A stretch of 44,209 nt of DNA from a virus: positions 1 to 44,209 of IMG/VR virus record IMGVR_UViG_2582581264_000001; one strand, given 5' to 3'. Below the pieces are notes generated by a model. It was given only the letters and a program-made list of their open reading frames with translations. It was not told the origin of the DNA and searched no databases. The translations under genes and the position numbers were made by a program. Of the stretch, positions 1 to 5,454 are shown piece by piece. Every line of letters begins with the position of its first letter. Positions within the stretch are counted from its first letter, which is position 1.

Positions 1-95
1 TCCCCGTTGGCGAGTTGCTGGATATTGTGGGAACCCCCTACAGCACGCCAGAAATGGCCGGAGGGGATGACATGCCGGGTGATGGAGGGACAGCC
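1..95. repeat. Terminal direct repeat, left copy (identical to 44115..44209): circular-assembly overlap or terminal redundancy
   Basis: Direct comparison shows bases 1-95 (tccccgttggcgag...ggagggacagcc) are letter-for-letter identical to the last 95 bases of the window. Confidence 0.95.
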
Positions 96-386
96 CGCGT
101 GATTAACCGCGAGGATGCGGCAAGCGCGCTGCGCCGCCACGGCATAAAGGTGGGGAGCCTGGAGCCGCGCAACGCTGGCGGCCCGCTTTATCTCATGGTT
201 GCTGTGTCTAGCGCTGATTGTGCAGCGTGGTTTAAAGACACGCCTTGGGCAACCGCATGGAAAACCACCCTTGCACGCGCGCCCGGTGCAGAGCTACCGC
301 GCAAGCAATTCAGAATTGGAGGCGGGTTGCCGGTGCGGGTGGTTGCTGTGCCAATGGCGGAAATAGAGGGGAGGGGGGGCGTTTAG
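1..386 (+). CDS. C-terminal end of the SF3 (D5/P4-alpha-like) replicative helicase gene that starts at 42716; the gene wraps across the window junction
   Basis: The frame of ORF 15..386 matches the frame of the open reading frame running off the window end once position 1 is equated with 44115. Stop TAG at 384-386. Confidence 0.8.
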   Translation, partial: PVGELLDIVGTPYSTPEMAGGDDMPGDGGTARVINREDAASALRRHGIKVGSLEPRNAGGPLYLMVAVSSADCAAWFKDTPWATAWKTTLARAPGAELPRKQFRIGGGLPVRVVAVPMAEIEGRGGV

Positions 387-391
387 CCCCC
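375..391. terminator. GC hairpin between convergent genes (GGGGGC-gttta-GCCCCC)
   Basis: 6-bp GC stem overlapping the helicase stop codon and 13 nt from the stop of the minus-strand gene 404..721. There is no strong T-run, so terminator function is uncertain. Confidence 0.3.
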
Positions 392-403
392 TTACTCTTG
401 CGC

Positions 404-721
404 TTAAGACCTTACCCAAGAATCTCGTGCTTGAGCGGTCCGCCATACTTGGAGACCCTGCGCTTCATGTGCATTCCATAAAGCCTCAAGCCTTTCGGTT
501 TTAAGGTTATTCAAAACCTTAAACTCTTGCTCGGTAATCTCAACCGCCGGGGCTACCTGCCATCCGGCGGCGGCGCGGCCGGTGTTGGAAAATCCGATTA
601 AACACGGGTTGCGATCCTCCCCCAACATCACAGTGCCAAACTTATAATCGCGGCTTGCGGACTTCCTAAAAAAAGTTACATCCCCGATTGTTGCCTTGAA
701 GAATTTTGCAGCCATTTTCAT
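404..721 (-). CDS. hypothetical protein (105 aa)
   Basis: ORF track entry. GGAG lies 2 nt upstream of ATG 721 (an in-frame ATG at 715 gives an 8-nt spacing), and the ORF is preceded by promoter-like elements at 746-789. Confidence 0.6.
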   Translation of the reverse strand: MKMAAKFFKATIGDVTFFRKSASRDYKFGTVMLGEDRNPCLIGFSNTGRAAAGWQVAPAVEITEQEFKVLNNLKTERLEALWNAHEAQGLQVWRTAQARDSWVRS

Positions 722-729
722 AACTCCGG

Positions 730-747
730 TTGTTTCGTACTAAACAA
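730..747 (+). promoter_or_regulatory. 18-bp conserved motif, copy A (TTGTTTCGTACTAAACAA)
   Basis: One of four near-identical copies (730, 1847, 18302, 32903), all written in the same + orientation. This copy overlaps the -10/+1 region of the minus-strand promoter for 404..721. Internal inverted repeat TTGTTT-N6-AAACAA. Confidence 0.6.
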
Positions 748-789
748 TTACCTCTATTCGAGGTAGCTAGTCAAGCTATCAATGCTATC
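746..789 (-). promoter_or_regulatory. sigma70-like promoter with upstream GATAG repeats, driving 404..721
   Basis: Minus strand reads GATAGcattGATAGC-TTGACT-N17-GTAATT. It has the same architecture as the promoters at 1428, 1861, 4424 and 32854. Confidence 0.5.
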
Positions 790-796
790 ATTTCTA

Positions 797-823
797 TAAA
801 AAATAGCGGGGATTTCTCCCCGC
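797..823 (-). terminator. intrinsic terminator downstream of 830..1381
   Basis: 7-bp stem GCGGGGA/TCCCCGC (806-812 / 817-823) with a 4-nt loop. On the minus strand it is followed by a TATTTTTTA run and lies 7 nt after the stop codon. Confidence 0.7.
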
Positions 824-829
824 TTTGTC

Positions 830-1381
830 TTAGCGTGCAGCGCAATGCGTTCTATGGAGAGCTTGAAAAAACTCGCTCTCAAGATCGCGGGAGGGGTTGG
901 CTAAAAAGCGCTGTTTATATGTCGCCGCCACCTCGTCAATCTCAAGATCAGCACCAGGGAAGCCCTTAGCGGTCAGCCGGTCATGGACGCGGCGCATAAG
1001 CGCACCCGAAAACTCGCGGCGGCAAAAGCTGTAGCCGTAGAAGAAACGCACCAACTTTGCCCCCTCGGGTTGGGGGTTGTGTGCCGGCTGGCAGCAACCC
1101 TTCTGGCCTAGCGTTCCGCGATCTTCAGCGACAATGGCGGAGCCGTCCGGTAACAGCCAGTTGTCAACGCGGTATTCCATGTCGATCGAGCAGTCAAAGC
1201 GGGTGGAGCTATAGGATTGCACCACCTCATCCACCAGCGAGGCAAGCGGGCCGTCAACCCATGAGACATTAAGCGAGCCGCCAGCAATCCGCACGGAAAA
1301 CTTGATGCCTGGAAATTTCTTCTTGAGGGCGGCGCGGACCAGCTTAGCGGTTGCGGCGGGTTTGATATAATCAGCGTCCAT
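830..1381 (-). CDS. LPD29-like (large polyvalent-protein-associated domain 29) stand-alone protein
   Basis: Start chosen at ATG 1381 (MDADYIKPAATAK...), with a GGAG RBS inside the conserved leader. The string AKLVRAALKKKFPGIKFSVR...SLNVSWVDGP matches my memory of the LPD29 family seen on plasmids, ICEs and phages. Not verified by search. Confidence 0.5.
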   Translation of the reverse strand: MDADYIKPAATAKLVRAALKKKFPGIKFSVRIAGGSLNVSWVDGPLASLVDEVVQSYSSTRFDCSIDMEYRVDNWLLPDGSAIVAEDRGTLGQKGCCQPAHNPQPEGAKLVRFFYGYSFCRREFSGALMRRVHDRLTAKGFPGADLEIDEVAATYKQRFLANPSRDLESEFFQALHRTHCAAR

Positions 1382-1389
1382 ATTCTTAG

Positions 1390-1420
1390 CTCCATGCCCC
1401 TGAGACCCCGAGGCGCGGGT
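1390..1420 (-). repeat. 31-nt conserved 5' leader element, copy 1
   Basis: CTCCATGCCCCTGAGACCCCGAGGCGCGGGT is 30/31 identical to 3588..3618. On the minus strand it ends in GGAG 8 nt before the ATG of the downstream gene. Confidence 0.8.
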
Positions 1421-1427
1421 AAATCTC

Positions 1428-1472
1428 TGATACATCGTTTTGAAGTATCTAGTCAAGCTATCTATGATAGCT
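1428..1472 (-). promoter_or_regulatory. promoter plus perfect 17-bp palindromic operator for 830..1381
   Basis: AGCTATC-TAT-GATAGCT (1456-1472) abuts TTGACT (minus strand, 1456-1451), followed by N17 and GTATCA (1433-1428). Confidence 0.55.
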
Positions 1473-1487
1473 CAACTAGAAAAAAAA

Positions 1488-1811
1488 TTATTCGCAAATT
1501 AGGTGGGCGCGCCCATGGTTCTTGCCGCCGCATGAGCATTCGCACTTGAAGCCCTTTGCCTCAGTGCAACGGGCATCGCAGGCATGGGCGGTGCGGAAAC
1601 CTGCAACGCGGGAAGCTTGCGCGCGCATCCCGGAGCAGGACGGGCAGCGCGTATCATATCCGGCTTCAACCTTGCGGCCCGTTTCGGTCTCGCGTTCGTA
1701 GCGCGGAACGCTGCGCCCATATCCCACGGGCACCATGCGGGAATCATATTCCCGCGCCCATACGCGCCCGCAAGCCTTGTTTCCGCAACGGAAAATAAAG
1801 CGGGTTTTCAT
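1488..1811 (-). CDS. Cys-rich putative zinc-binding protein (107 aa)
   Basis: ORF track entry with a GGAG RBS. Cysteine clusters are CGNKAC, CPSC and CDARCTEAKGFKCECSCGGKNHG. No family name assigned. Confidence 0.6.
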   Translation of the reverse strand: MKTRFIFRCGNKACGRVWAREYDSRMVPVGYGRSVPRYERETETGRKVEAGYDTRCPSCSGMRAQASRVAGFRTAHACDARCTEAKGFKCECSCGGKNHGRAHLICE

Positions 1812-1846
1812 GCTGCAAACTCCATAGCTGGATTTTTCGGGGGGTG

Positions 1847-1864
1847 TTGTTTCGTACCATACAA
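1847..1864 (+). promoter_or_regulatory. 18-bp conserved motif, copy B (TTGTTTCGTACCATACAA)
   Basis: Identical to copy D (32903) and overlaps the -10 region of the minus-strand promoter for 1488..1811. Confidence 0.6.
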
Positions 1865-1911
1865 ATACCCGCTATCGTGGCTATGTCAACTATCCATAAT
1901 ATCCATGATAG
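1861..1911 (-). promoter_or_regulatory. promoter with two overlapping operator palindromes for 1488..1811
   Basis: Minus strand reads CTATC-ATG-GATAT and ATATT-ATG-GATAG, followed directly by TTGACA (1889-1884) and a weak -10 (ATTTGT/GTATTT). Confidence 0.5.
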
Positions 1912-2231
1912 CTAATAATTCCGATAAATCCCAACTTCACAACCGCGAGATTGAGAGCATTCGCAAGCCCGCGGTTAAAACCAGGCGCCCCAAACCAGGC
2001 CCTCCGCTCCCCTGGCATAAGTCCACCGCCGCACCGCGACCCCGCCCCCCACGCCAGAGAGAAAAGCCCTCACACGCTATAGGAACAGAAACACCCTCCC
2101 CGTAGGTTGCCCGCTGATGTTGACGCAAACGGCAAATATGGAGGCGCCGCCATGATGTTTTGTTAACTGTAACCCGCCCCGGTTACAGTTTTGGTTACTA
2201 AAAAACGCTGTGTTTTCAGCGTTGTAACCAA

Positions 2232-2320
2232 TGTAACCAATGTAACCACGGGGAACCCCACACACGAACAACCCACCGTTTCATGCGGTGGGTGTTGTGT
2301 ATGTGGTTACATTGGTTACA
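2232..2320. repeat. long imperfect palindrome (cruciform-capable) inside the iteron region
   Basis: TGTAACCAATGTAACCA...ACCCACCG-tttcatg-CGGTGGGT...TGGTTACATTGGTTACA. The outer 17 nt and inner 8 nt are perfectly complementary. Confidence 0.8.
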
Positions 2321-2330
2321 CGCGCGGCTT

Positions 2331-2363
2331 TTATATATATATGTTATTGAAATATATATATAA
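2331..2363. other. AT-only palindrome (candidate DNA-unwinding element)
   Basis: TTATATATATAT-gttattgaa-ATATATATATAA is a perfect 12-bp inverted repeat. The 39-bp stretch 2329-2367 is AT-rich (only two G) in an otherwise GC-rich genome and is flanked on both sides by iterons. Confidence 0.7.
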
Positions 2364-2526
2364 ATAAGGCTCTAAGGCTGTAACCAAGGCTGTAACCAAG
2401 GGCGTAACCAGCCCGTAACCAAGCCGGAAACCGATTTTAAAGACCCTACAGGGCATCTTGTTGGTTTCGGCTACCATCCCACCGGAAGCTTGTTTCAAGG
2501 CATCACAGCCGCAGGAGATTGACCGC

Positions 2527-3096
2527 ATGACCATAAGAGAGACCGTTCATACCGTTGCCCGGCAGACCATGAAACCGCGCCCTGAACCTGCCAAGCGGGT
2601 GCGCGCCACTTCAGAGCGGAAATTGCACAATGTTGACGTTGTGATTGATCGCTGCGGAGCGGAGCGAATTGATAGCGGCGTTATGGCGCTGCACCGCAAC
2701 GGCTCTCTAACCGATTCAGACCTGCATGCAGCAGAACGGTTTTACGCTGATTATGCGCTTGCGGTGCATGGTGCGCGCGACAGCGAGAAAACCGGAGGGG
2801 GTGGAAGCCCTGACAGCATGGGGGTGGCCGTCATCCACGCATCCGCCGCACTGACAGACGCAATCGAGGCGGTGGGAAGTTACGGGAAGGCTATCCTTGT
2901 TGCGTTTGTCGTGGACGGCCTATCCCTAGCTAAGATCGCGCAATCAAGGGGCGAAAATAGGCAAGTCCTTACCGGAATTGTGATTTCCACAATTAAGCGG
3001 CTGAGCGATCATTACTATGCGGTTGATAACCGTCCGCGTTTTCCAATGAAGCGAGCGCGGAGCGTTCAGAAGCAGTTAGCATCCCTAAAAGCGTAA
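2527..3096 (+). CDS. putative DNA-binding protein with a C-terminal sigma70-region-4/LuxR-like HTH (candidate iteron-binding or regulatory protein)
   Basis: ATG 2527 (MTIRETV...), with GGAG 10 nt upstream. The C-terminal LSLAKIAQSRGENRQVLTGIVISTIKRL looks like an HTH. The gene lies immediately downstream of the iteron array. Confidence 0.5.
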   Translation: MTIRETVHTVARQTMKPRPEPAKRVRATSERKLHNVDVVIDRCGAERIDSGVMALHRNGSLTDSDLHAAERFYADYALAVHGARDSEKTGGGGSPDSMGVAVIHASAALTDAIEAVGSYGKAILVAFVVDGLSLAKIAQSRGENRQVLTGIVISTIKRLSDHYYAVDNRPRFPMKRARSVQKQLASLKA

Positions 3097-3313
3097 CGAT
3101 TGCTTGCATTTCACCGGAAACCGCATGAACACCCGTCGCCATGCGAGAGATGGAGAGCAGCCGGGCTTTGAAGGTCCGGCGGTCCCCAAGCGCGCCAAGC
3201 GCGCGAGCAAGCGCCGATTGAGCGCCTTCACCAAATAACTTTTGCAGCTTCACGTAAAACTCTGCCGCGCTATCAGAACGCGCGGTTTTGCTGCGGTTTG
3301 GATGGTTTGCCAT
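2993..3313 (-). CDS. hypothetical protein (106 aa), possible small DNA-binding protein
   Basis: ORF track entry with a strong GGAGAGG RBS. Its 3' end overlaps the 3' end of 2527..3096 by 104 nt (convergent). Confidence 0.55.
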   Translation of the reverse strand: MANHPNRSKTARSDSAAEFYVKLQKLFGEGAQSALARALGALGDRRTFKARLLSISRMATGVHAVSGEMQAIVTLLGMLTASERSALASLENADGYQPHSNDRSAA

Positions 3314-3357
3314 GGTTCACCTCTCCCCGGATTACCCGCCGGGGAACGGGGAAGGGG

Positions 3358-3579
3358 TTAATGGTGCAGATACAGCGCGAGCAACGCGCCGATTGCAGCG
3401 GGAATGATGCCGCCGCCAATAATGGCGGTGAAAAGCGGGAGCCACGGGTGCGCGCGTAACTGCTCGTTAATCATGCGGGTTTCCGCGTTGATCTTGCTTG
3501 TTTCCGCGTTCAGGCGGGTGGTTTCCGCAAAAAGCTTGTCAATCTCAAGCGTGCGTAGATCGTCAGTTGAAGCGCTCAT
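3358..3579 (-). CDS. tail-anchored membrane protein with a heptad-repeat N-terminus (73 aa)
   Basis: TTRLNAE/TSKINAE/TRMINEQ heptads followed by the C-terminal hydrophobic segment WLPLFTAIIGGGIIPAAIGALLALYL. Preceded by the conserved 31-nt leader with GGAG. Confidence 0.6.
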   Translation of the reverse strand: MSASTDDLRTLEIDKLFAETTRLNAETSKINAETRMINEQLRAHPWLPLFTAIIGGGIIPAAIGALLALYLHH

Positions 3580-3587
3580 TTCGTAAT

Positions 3588-3618
3588 CTCCATGCCCCTG
3601 AAACCCCGAGGCGCGGGT
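3588..3618 (-). repeat. 31-nt conserved 5' leader element, copy 2
   Basis: CTCCATGCCCCTGAAACCCCGAGGCGCGGGT is 30/31 identical to 1390..1420 and sits in the same position relative to the downstream ATG. Confidence 0.8.
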
Positions 3619-3625
3619 GGTTGTA

Positions 3626-3817
3626 TCATTGTGCTACCTCATTATGAGGCATGCCGTCAAGCGGCAATTCAACCGGCAGAACGTCAGCGACGCGGGCGCA
3701 CGTCATGATTCCGCCGTCAAGCGATATGCCGAATACAGCCGGTTCAGATTGCACCGCGTAGTGACGCGCAACACGAAACACAATGGACGGGTGACGGGGG
3801 AGGGAAAAAGCTTTCAT
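3626..3817 (-). CDS. hypothetical protein (63 aa; start uncertain, a GTG at 3844 is also possible)
   Basis: ORF track 3626..3844. No convincing RBS for either start. An alternative + strand ORF (3617..3823) exists. The minus strand was chosen because the surrounding operon is leftward. Confidence 0.35.
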   Translation of the reverse strand: MKAFSLPRHPSIVFRVARHYAVQSEPAVFGISLDGGIMTCARVADVLPVELPLDGMPHNEVAQ

Positions 3818-3856
3818 GGTTAGCGGTTCTTTCAGTGATAGCACAGATAGAGTTTT

Positions 3857-4159
3857 TTAAAGGGAAGTCTCAAGGCCGGTCATAGAGCGGAATGTGTCGC
3901 GCAACGCTTCTGCATAAATGCCGGTTTCAATACCGCGCGGCTGAAGGTCTAGGTTGCGCAAGCGCCAAGCCTCAAGCGTGTATGTGTCGCTAGGCTGCAA
4001 CGTCACCCGAAAGCGGTTAATGCCACGCACCGCTAATCGAGCGGGAAGGGTAAAGCTTAGGCTATCGCTGCCTGAGACCAGATTCTTAGCGCCGGTCATG
4101 GTCAAAAATTTATGGCCGCCAAGCTGGCTAAGGATTGTGAGGGCAACTTGCTTTGACAT
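3857..4159 (-). CDS. hypothetical protein (100 aa)
   Basis: ATG 4159 (MSKQVALTILSQLGGHKFLTMTGAKN...) with GGAG 8 nt upstream. The sequence has a conserved-family feel, but I cannot name the family. Confidence 0.6.
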   Translation of the reverse strand: MSKQVALTILSQLGGHKFLTMTGAKNLVSGSDSLSFTLPARLAVRGINRFRVTLQPSDTYTLEAWRLRNLDLQPRGIETGIYAEALRDTFRSMTGLETSL

Positions 4160-4172
4160 TTCGTGATCTCCG

Positions 4173-4394
4173 TTAAAGGCCAAGGGCCGCAAGCAATTCA
4201 TCATCCGTGATCTCAGGGAGGGGACCGTCTTCAGGAAGATTTAAGAATTTCTGTTCATCTGCAATTTCACGTTCGTATTGGCGAACCTTCACGGAGCGCA
4301 TTGTGATTTCCTGGGGGGTTTTCGCCGCAGCTAGGCGGCATAGCTCATGGGAAAGGCCAACCTGCAAGGCTTCAAGGTGGGTTGTGTCGGTCAT
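4173..4394 (-). CDS. hypothetical acidic protein (73 aa), first gene of the leftward operon
   Basis: ORF track entry with a GGAG RBS and the promoter/operator immediately upstream. Confidence 0.6.
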   Translation of the reverse strand: MTDTTHLEALQVGLSHELCRLAAAKTPQEITMRSVKVRQYEREIADEQKFLNLPEDGPLPEITDDELLAALGL

Positions 4395-4423
4395 GGTAGG
4401 CTCCGTAATTCGTGTTGAACCGT

Positions 4424-4475
4424 CATTACGTCGTTTTGAGGTGGTGTGTCAACTATCATGGATAGCAATGATATC
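4424..4475 (-). promoter_or_regulatory. promoter plus operator palindrome for the leftward operon 4394->2993
   Basis: Minus strand reads GATATC-attg-CTATC-CAT-GATAG fused to TTGACA (4452-4447), then N17 and GTAATG (4429-4424). Confidence 0.55.
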
Positions 4476-4508
4476 AAAAAAATAACGCGGCATTGCGGAG
4501 GGTGGCAC

Positions 4509-4568
4509 GGCCAGGGATTGCCCGGCCTTCCTGGCATTGCACGGGGCCAGCAAAAGGCCAGGGATTGC
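4509..4568 (+). repeat. two 13-bp direct repeats GGCCAGGGATTGC (4509-4521, 4556-4568)
   Basis: Exact duplicates 47 bp apart in non-coding DNA. CCTGGC (4530-4535) can pair with GCCAGG in either copy. Confidence 0.85.
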
Positions 4569-4601
4569 AGGGGTTGCGGCGCGAGAGTGGAGCGAAGCGA
4601 A

Positions 4602-4635
4602 ACGGAGCGGCGCAACAGCTTCCGTGCGTTTTTTT
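4602..4635 (+). terminator. candidate intrinsic terminator (+ strand) with no upstream protein gene
   Basis: Stem ACGGAGC / GCT(T)CCGT with one bulge and a 9-nt loop, followed by GCG and a T7 run (4629-4635). Confidence 0.45.
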
Positions 4636-4683
4636 GATCGCACAATACATATATGCGCGCGCGAAAATTTGGCCGCGCAAGCC

Positions 4684-4700
4684 GGGGAGGGGAGGGAGGG
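4684..4700 (+). other. G-quadruplex-forming motif GGGGAGGGGAGGGAGGG
   Basis: Four G-tracts of at least 3 G separated by single-nucleotide loops. Confidence 0.7.
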
Positions 4701-4701
4701 C

Positions 4702-4740
4702 CGAAAAATGCGAAAATTCGCAAAAAATCGCAGAAATCCG
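4702..4740. repeat. four tandem ~10-bp A-tract units (candidate intrinsic bend)
   Basis: CGAAAAATG / CGAAAATTCG / CAAAAAATCG / CAGAAATCCG. The A-tracts start at 4704, 4713, 4722 and 4734, roughly in helical phase. Confidence 0.7.
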
Positions 4741-4751
4741 CCATTTCTAAG

Positions 4752-4809
4752 CTATCAAAGATAATTCGGCTATCAGTTGTAGCCACGCTATCACGAATAT
4801 CATGGATAG
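4752..4809. promoter_or_regulatory. cluster of CTATC/GATAG operator-type sites
   Basis: CTATC-AAA-GATAA (4752-4764), CTATC (4770), CTATC (4788) and ATATC-ATG-GATAG (4797-4809). Confidence 0.5.
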
Positions 4810-4992
4810 GCGGCGCGCCAGCGCTGCGGAGCGTTGCCGCGCCGCTGCTTCTGAACGTGTGCGAGTGCGCAAAAACGCGCGCCAATAAAAAACACAGAAC
4901 GTTTATTATGGAAAGTCGGGCCAAAAATCGCCCTATATCGCTTGAAAAAACAAAGCTCAATTTTGCGCGTCAATCGCGCTGCAATGTCATGT

Positions 4993-5114
4993 GTTGCGCT
5001 GTATTTTGAGTATTTGCCGCGCGTTGCGTTGCGTTGCGTTGCGCTTGAATACGCTGAAAAACAAGGAAAATCCTCACGTTTTGATCGCATACGTTGCAAT
5101 AGCGTTGCGTTGCG
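4993..5114. repeat. GTTGCG/GCGTT short-repeat arrays, including (GCGTT)x4 at 5021-5040
   Basis: GTTGCG-type hexamers at 4993, 5023, 5028, 5033, 5038, 5093 (GTTGCA), 5104 and 5109, all on the + strand. Confidence 0.8.
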
Positions 5115-5416
5115 GTTTACGAACAAACAAGCCGAAAATAACACGCAAACCCGCAGAAAACCTAGCTTTTTTGACGATGTACTATAATAACCATCTGTTT
5201 AGTAGAGAATTGACCCCCCCCATACCCTTTTTTTCGAGTATGAGCGGCGTTGGCCTTCCGAAAACCACTGAGGGGAAAATGGGGATTGGGGCCGATTAGG
5301 AATGCTCCCGCATCCGTGAAACACCCCTCTTGCCGGGCAATCTAGCCCGTAGGCGCCACGGCGCGGCGGAGGCAGGCCACGGTAGCCGCAGCCACCCGGT
5401 AGCCTTCTAAGGCTTT

Positions 5417-5454
5417 GCAGGGCGTTCCTGGGGCATATGCTCTAGGCGCCCTGC
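5417..5454. repeat. 38-bp imperfect palindrome centred on GCATATGC
   Basis: GCAGGGCG-tt-CCTGGGGCAT|ATGCTCTAGG-CGCCCTGC, followed by an A8 run. The run is on the wrong side for terminator function on either strand. Confidence 0.75.

Larger units (their letters stand above)
2167..2432. repeat. iteron array: at least 12 copies of GTAACC/GGTTAC in direct and inverted arrangement (origin-like region)
   Basis: GTAACC at 2169, 2224, 2233, 2242, 2380, 2392, 2404 and 2415. GGTTAC at 2181, 2193, 2305 and 2314. Degenerate GGAAACC at 2426. There are 3 tandem TGTAACCAA units at 9-bp spacing and 4-5 tandem (AAGGCT)GTAACC units at 11-12-bp spacing. Confidence 0.85.

Noticed and set aside
1-95. The 95-bp identical ends as a biological direct terminal repeat
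   Set aside because: This cannot be decided from sequence alone. Because a coding frame reads straight through the junction and the length is in the range of assembler k-mer overlaps, I treat it as a circularisation artefact until read-terminus data say otherwise.
730-969. ORFs beginning MFRTKQ... at 730 and 18302 (TTG inside the 18-bp motif)
   Set aside because: The shared N-terminus is a by-product of the conserved DNA motif. 730..969 overlaps the terminator and the minus-strand gene 830..1381. For the tape measure gene, TTG 18332 has a proper AAGGA RBS.
1584-2105. 173-aa + ORF (and its internal 66-aa Pro/Arg-rich version starting at ATG 1905) in the origin-like region
   Set aside because: The first half is antisense to the Cys-rich gene. 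The remainder is a proline/arginine-rich translation of a C-rich non-coding strand. The internal ATG sits inside an operator palindrome with no room for a leader or RBS.
2167-2432. The GTAACC repeat field as a possible CRISPR array
   Set aside because: The repeat units are only 6-12 bp long, occur in both orientations with 3-6-bp spacers, and surround an AT-rich palindrome. That is iteron/operator geometry, not 24-48-bp repeats separated by unique spacers. No cas genes are present.
5171-5188. TTGACG and TATAAT consensus hexamers in the non-coding block
   Set aside because: They are only 6 nt apart, far from the 16-18-nt spacing needed for a sigma70 promoter, and no suitable partner hexamers lie at the right distance.
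4391-5299. A stack of track ORFs in the non-coding block (4391..4960 -, 4653..5009 +, 4800..5144 -, 4942..5187 +, 4991..5299 + and others)
   Set aside because: They overlap one another in several frames and run through operator/promoter and terminator elements. They lack RBSs, and their sequences are dominated by translated DNA repeats (for example VALRCVALRL from GCGTT repeats).
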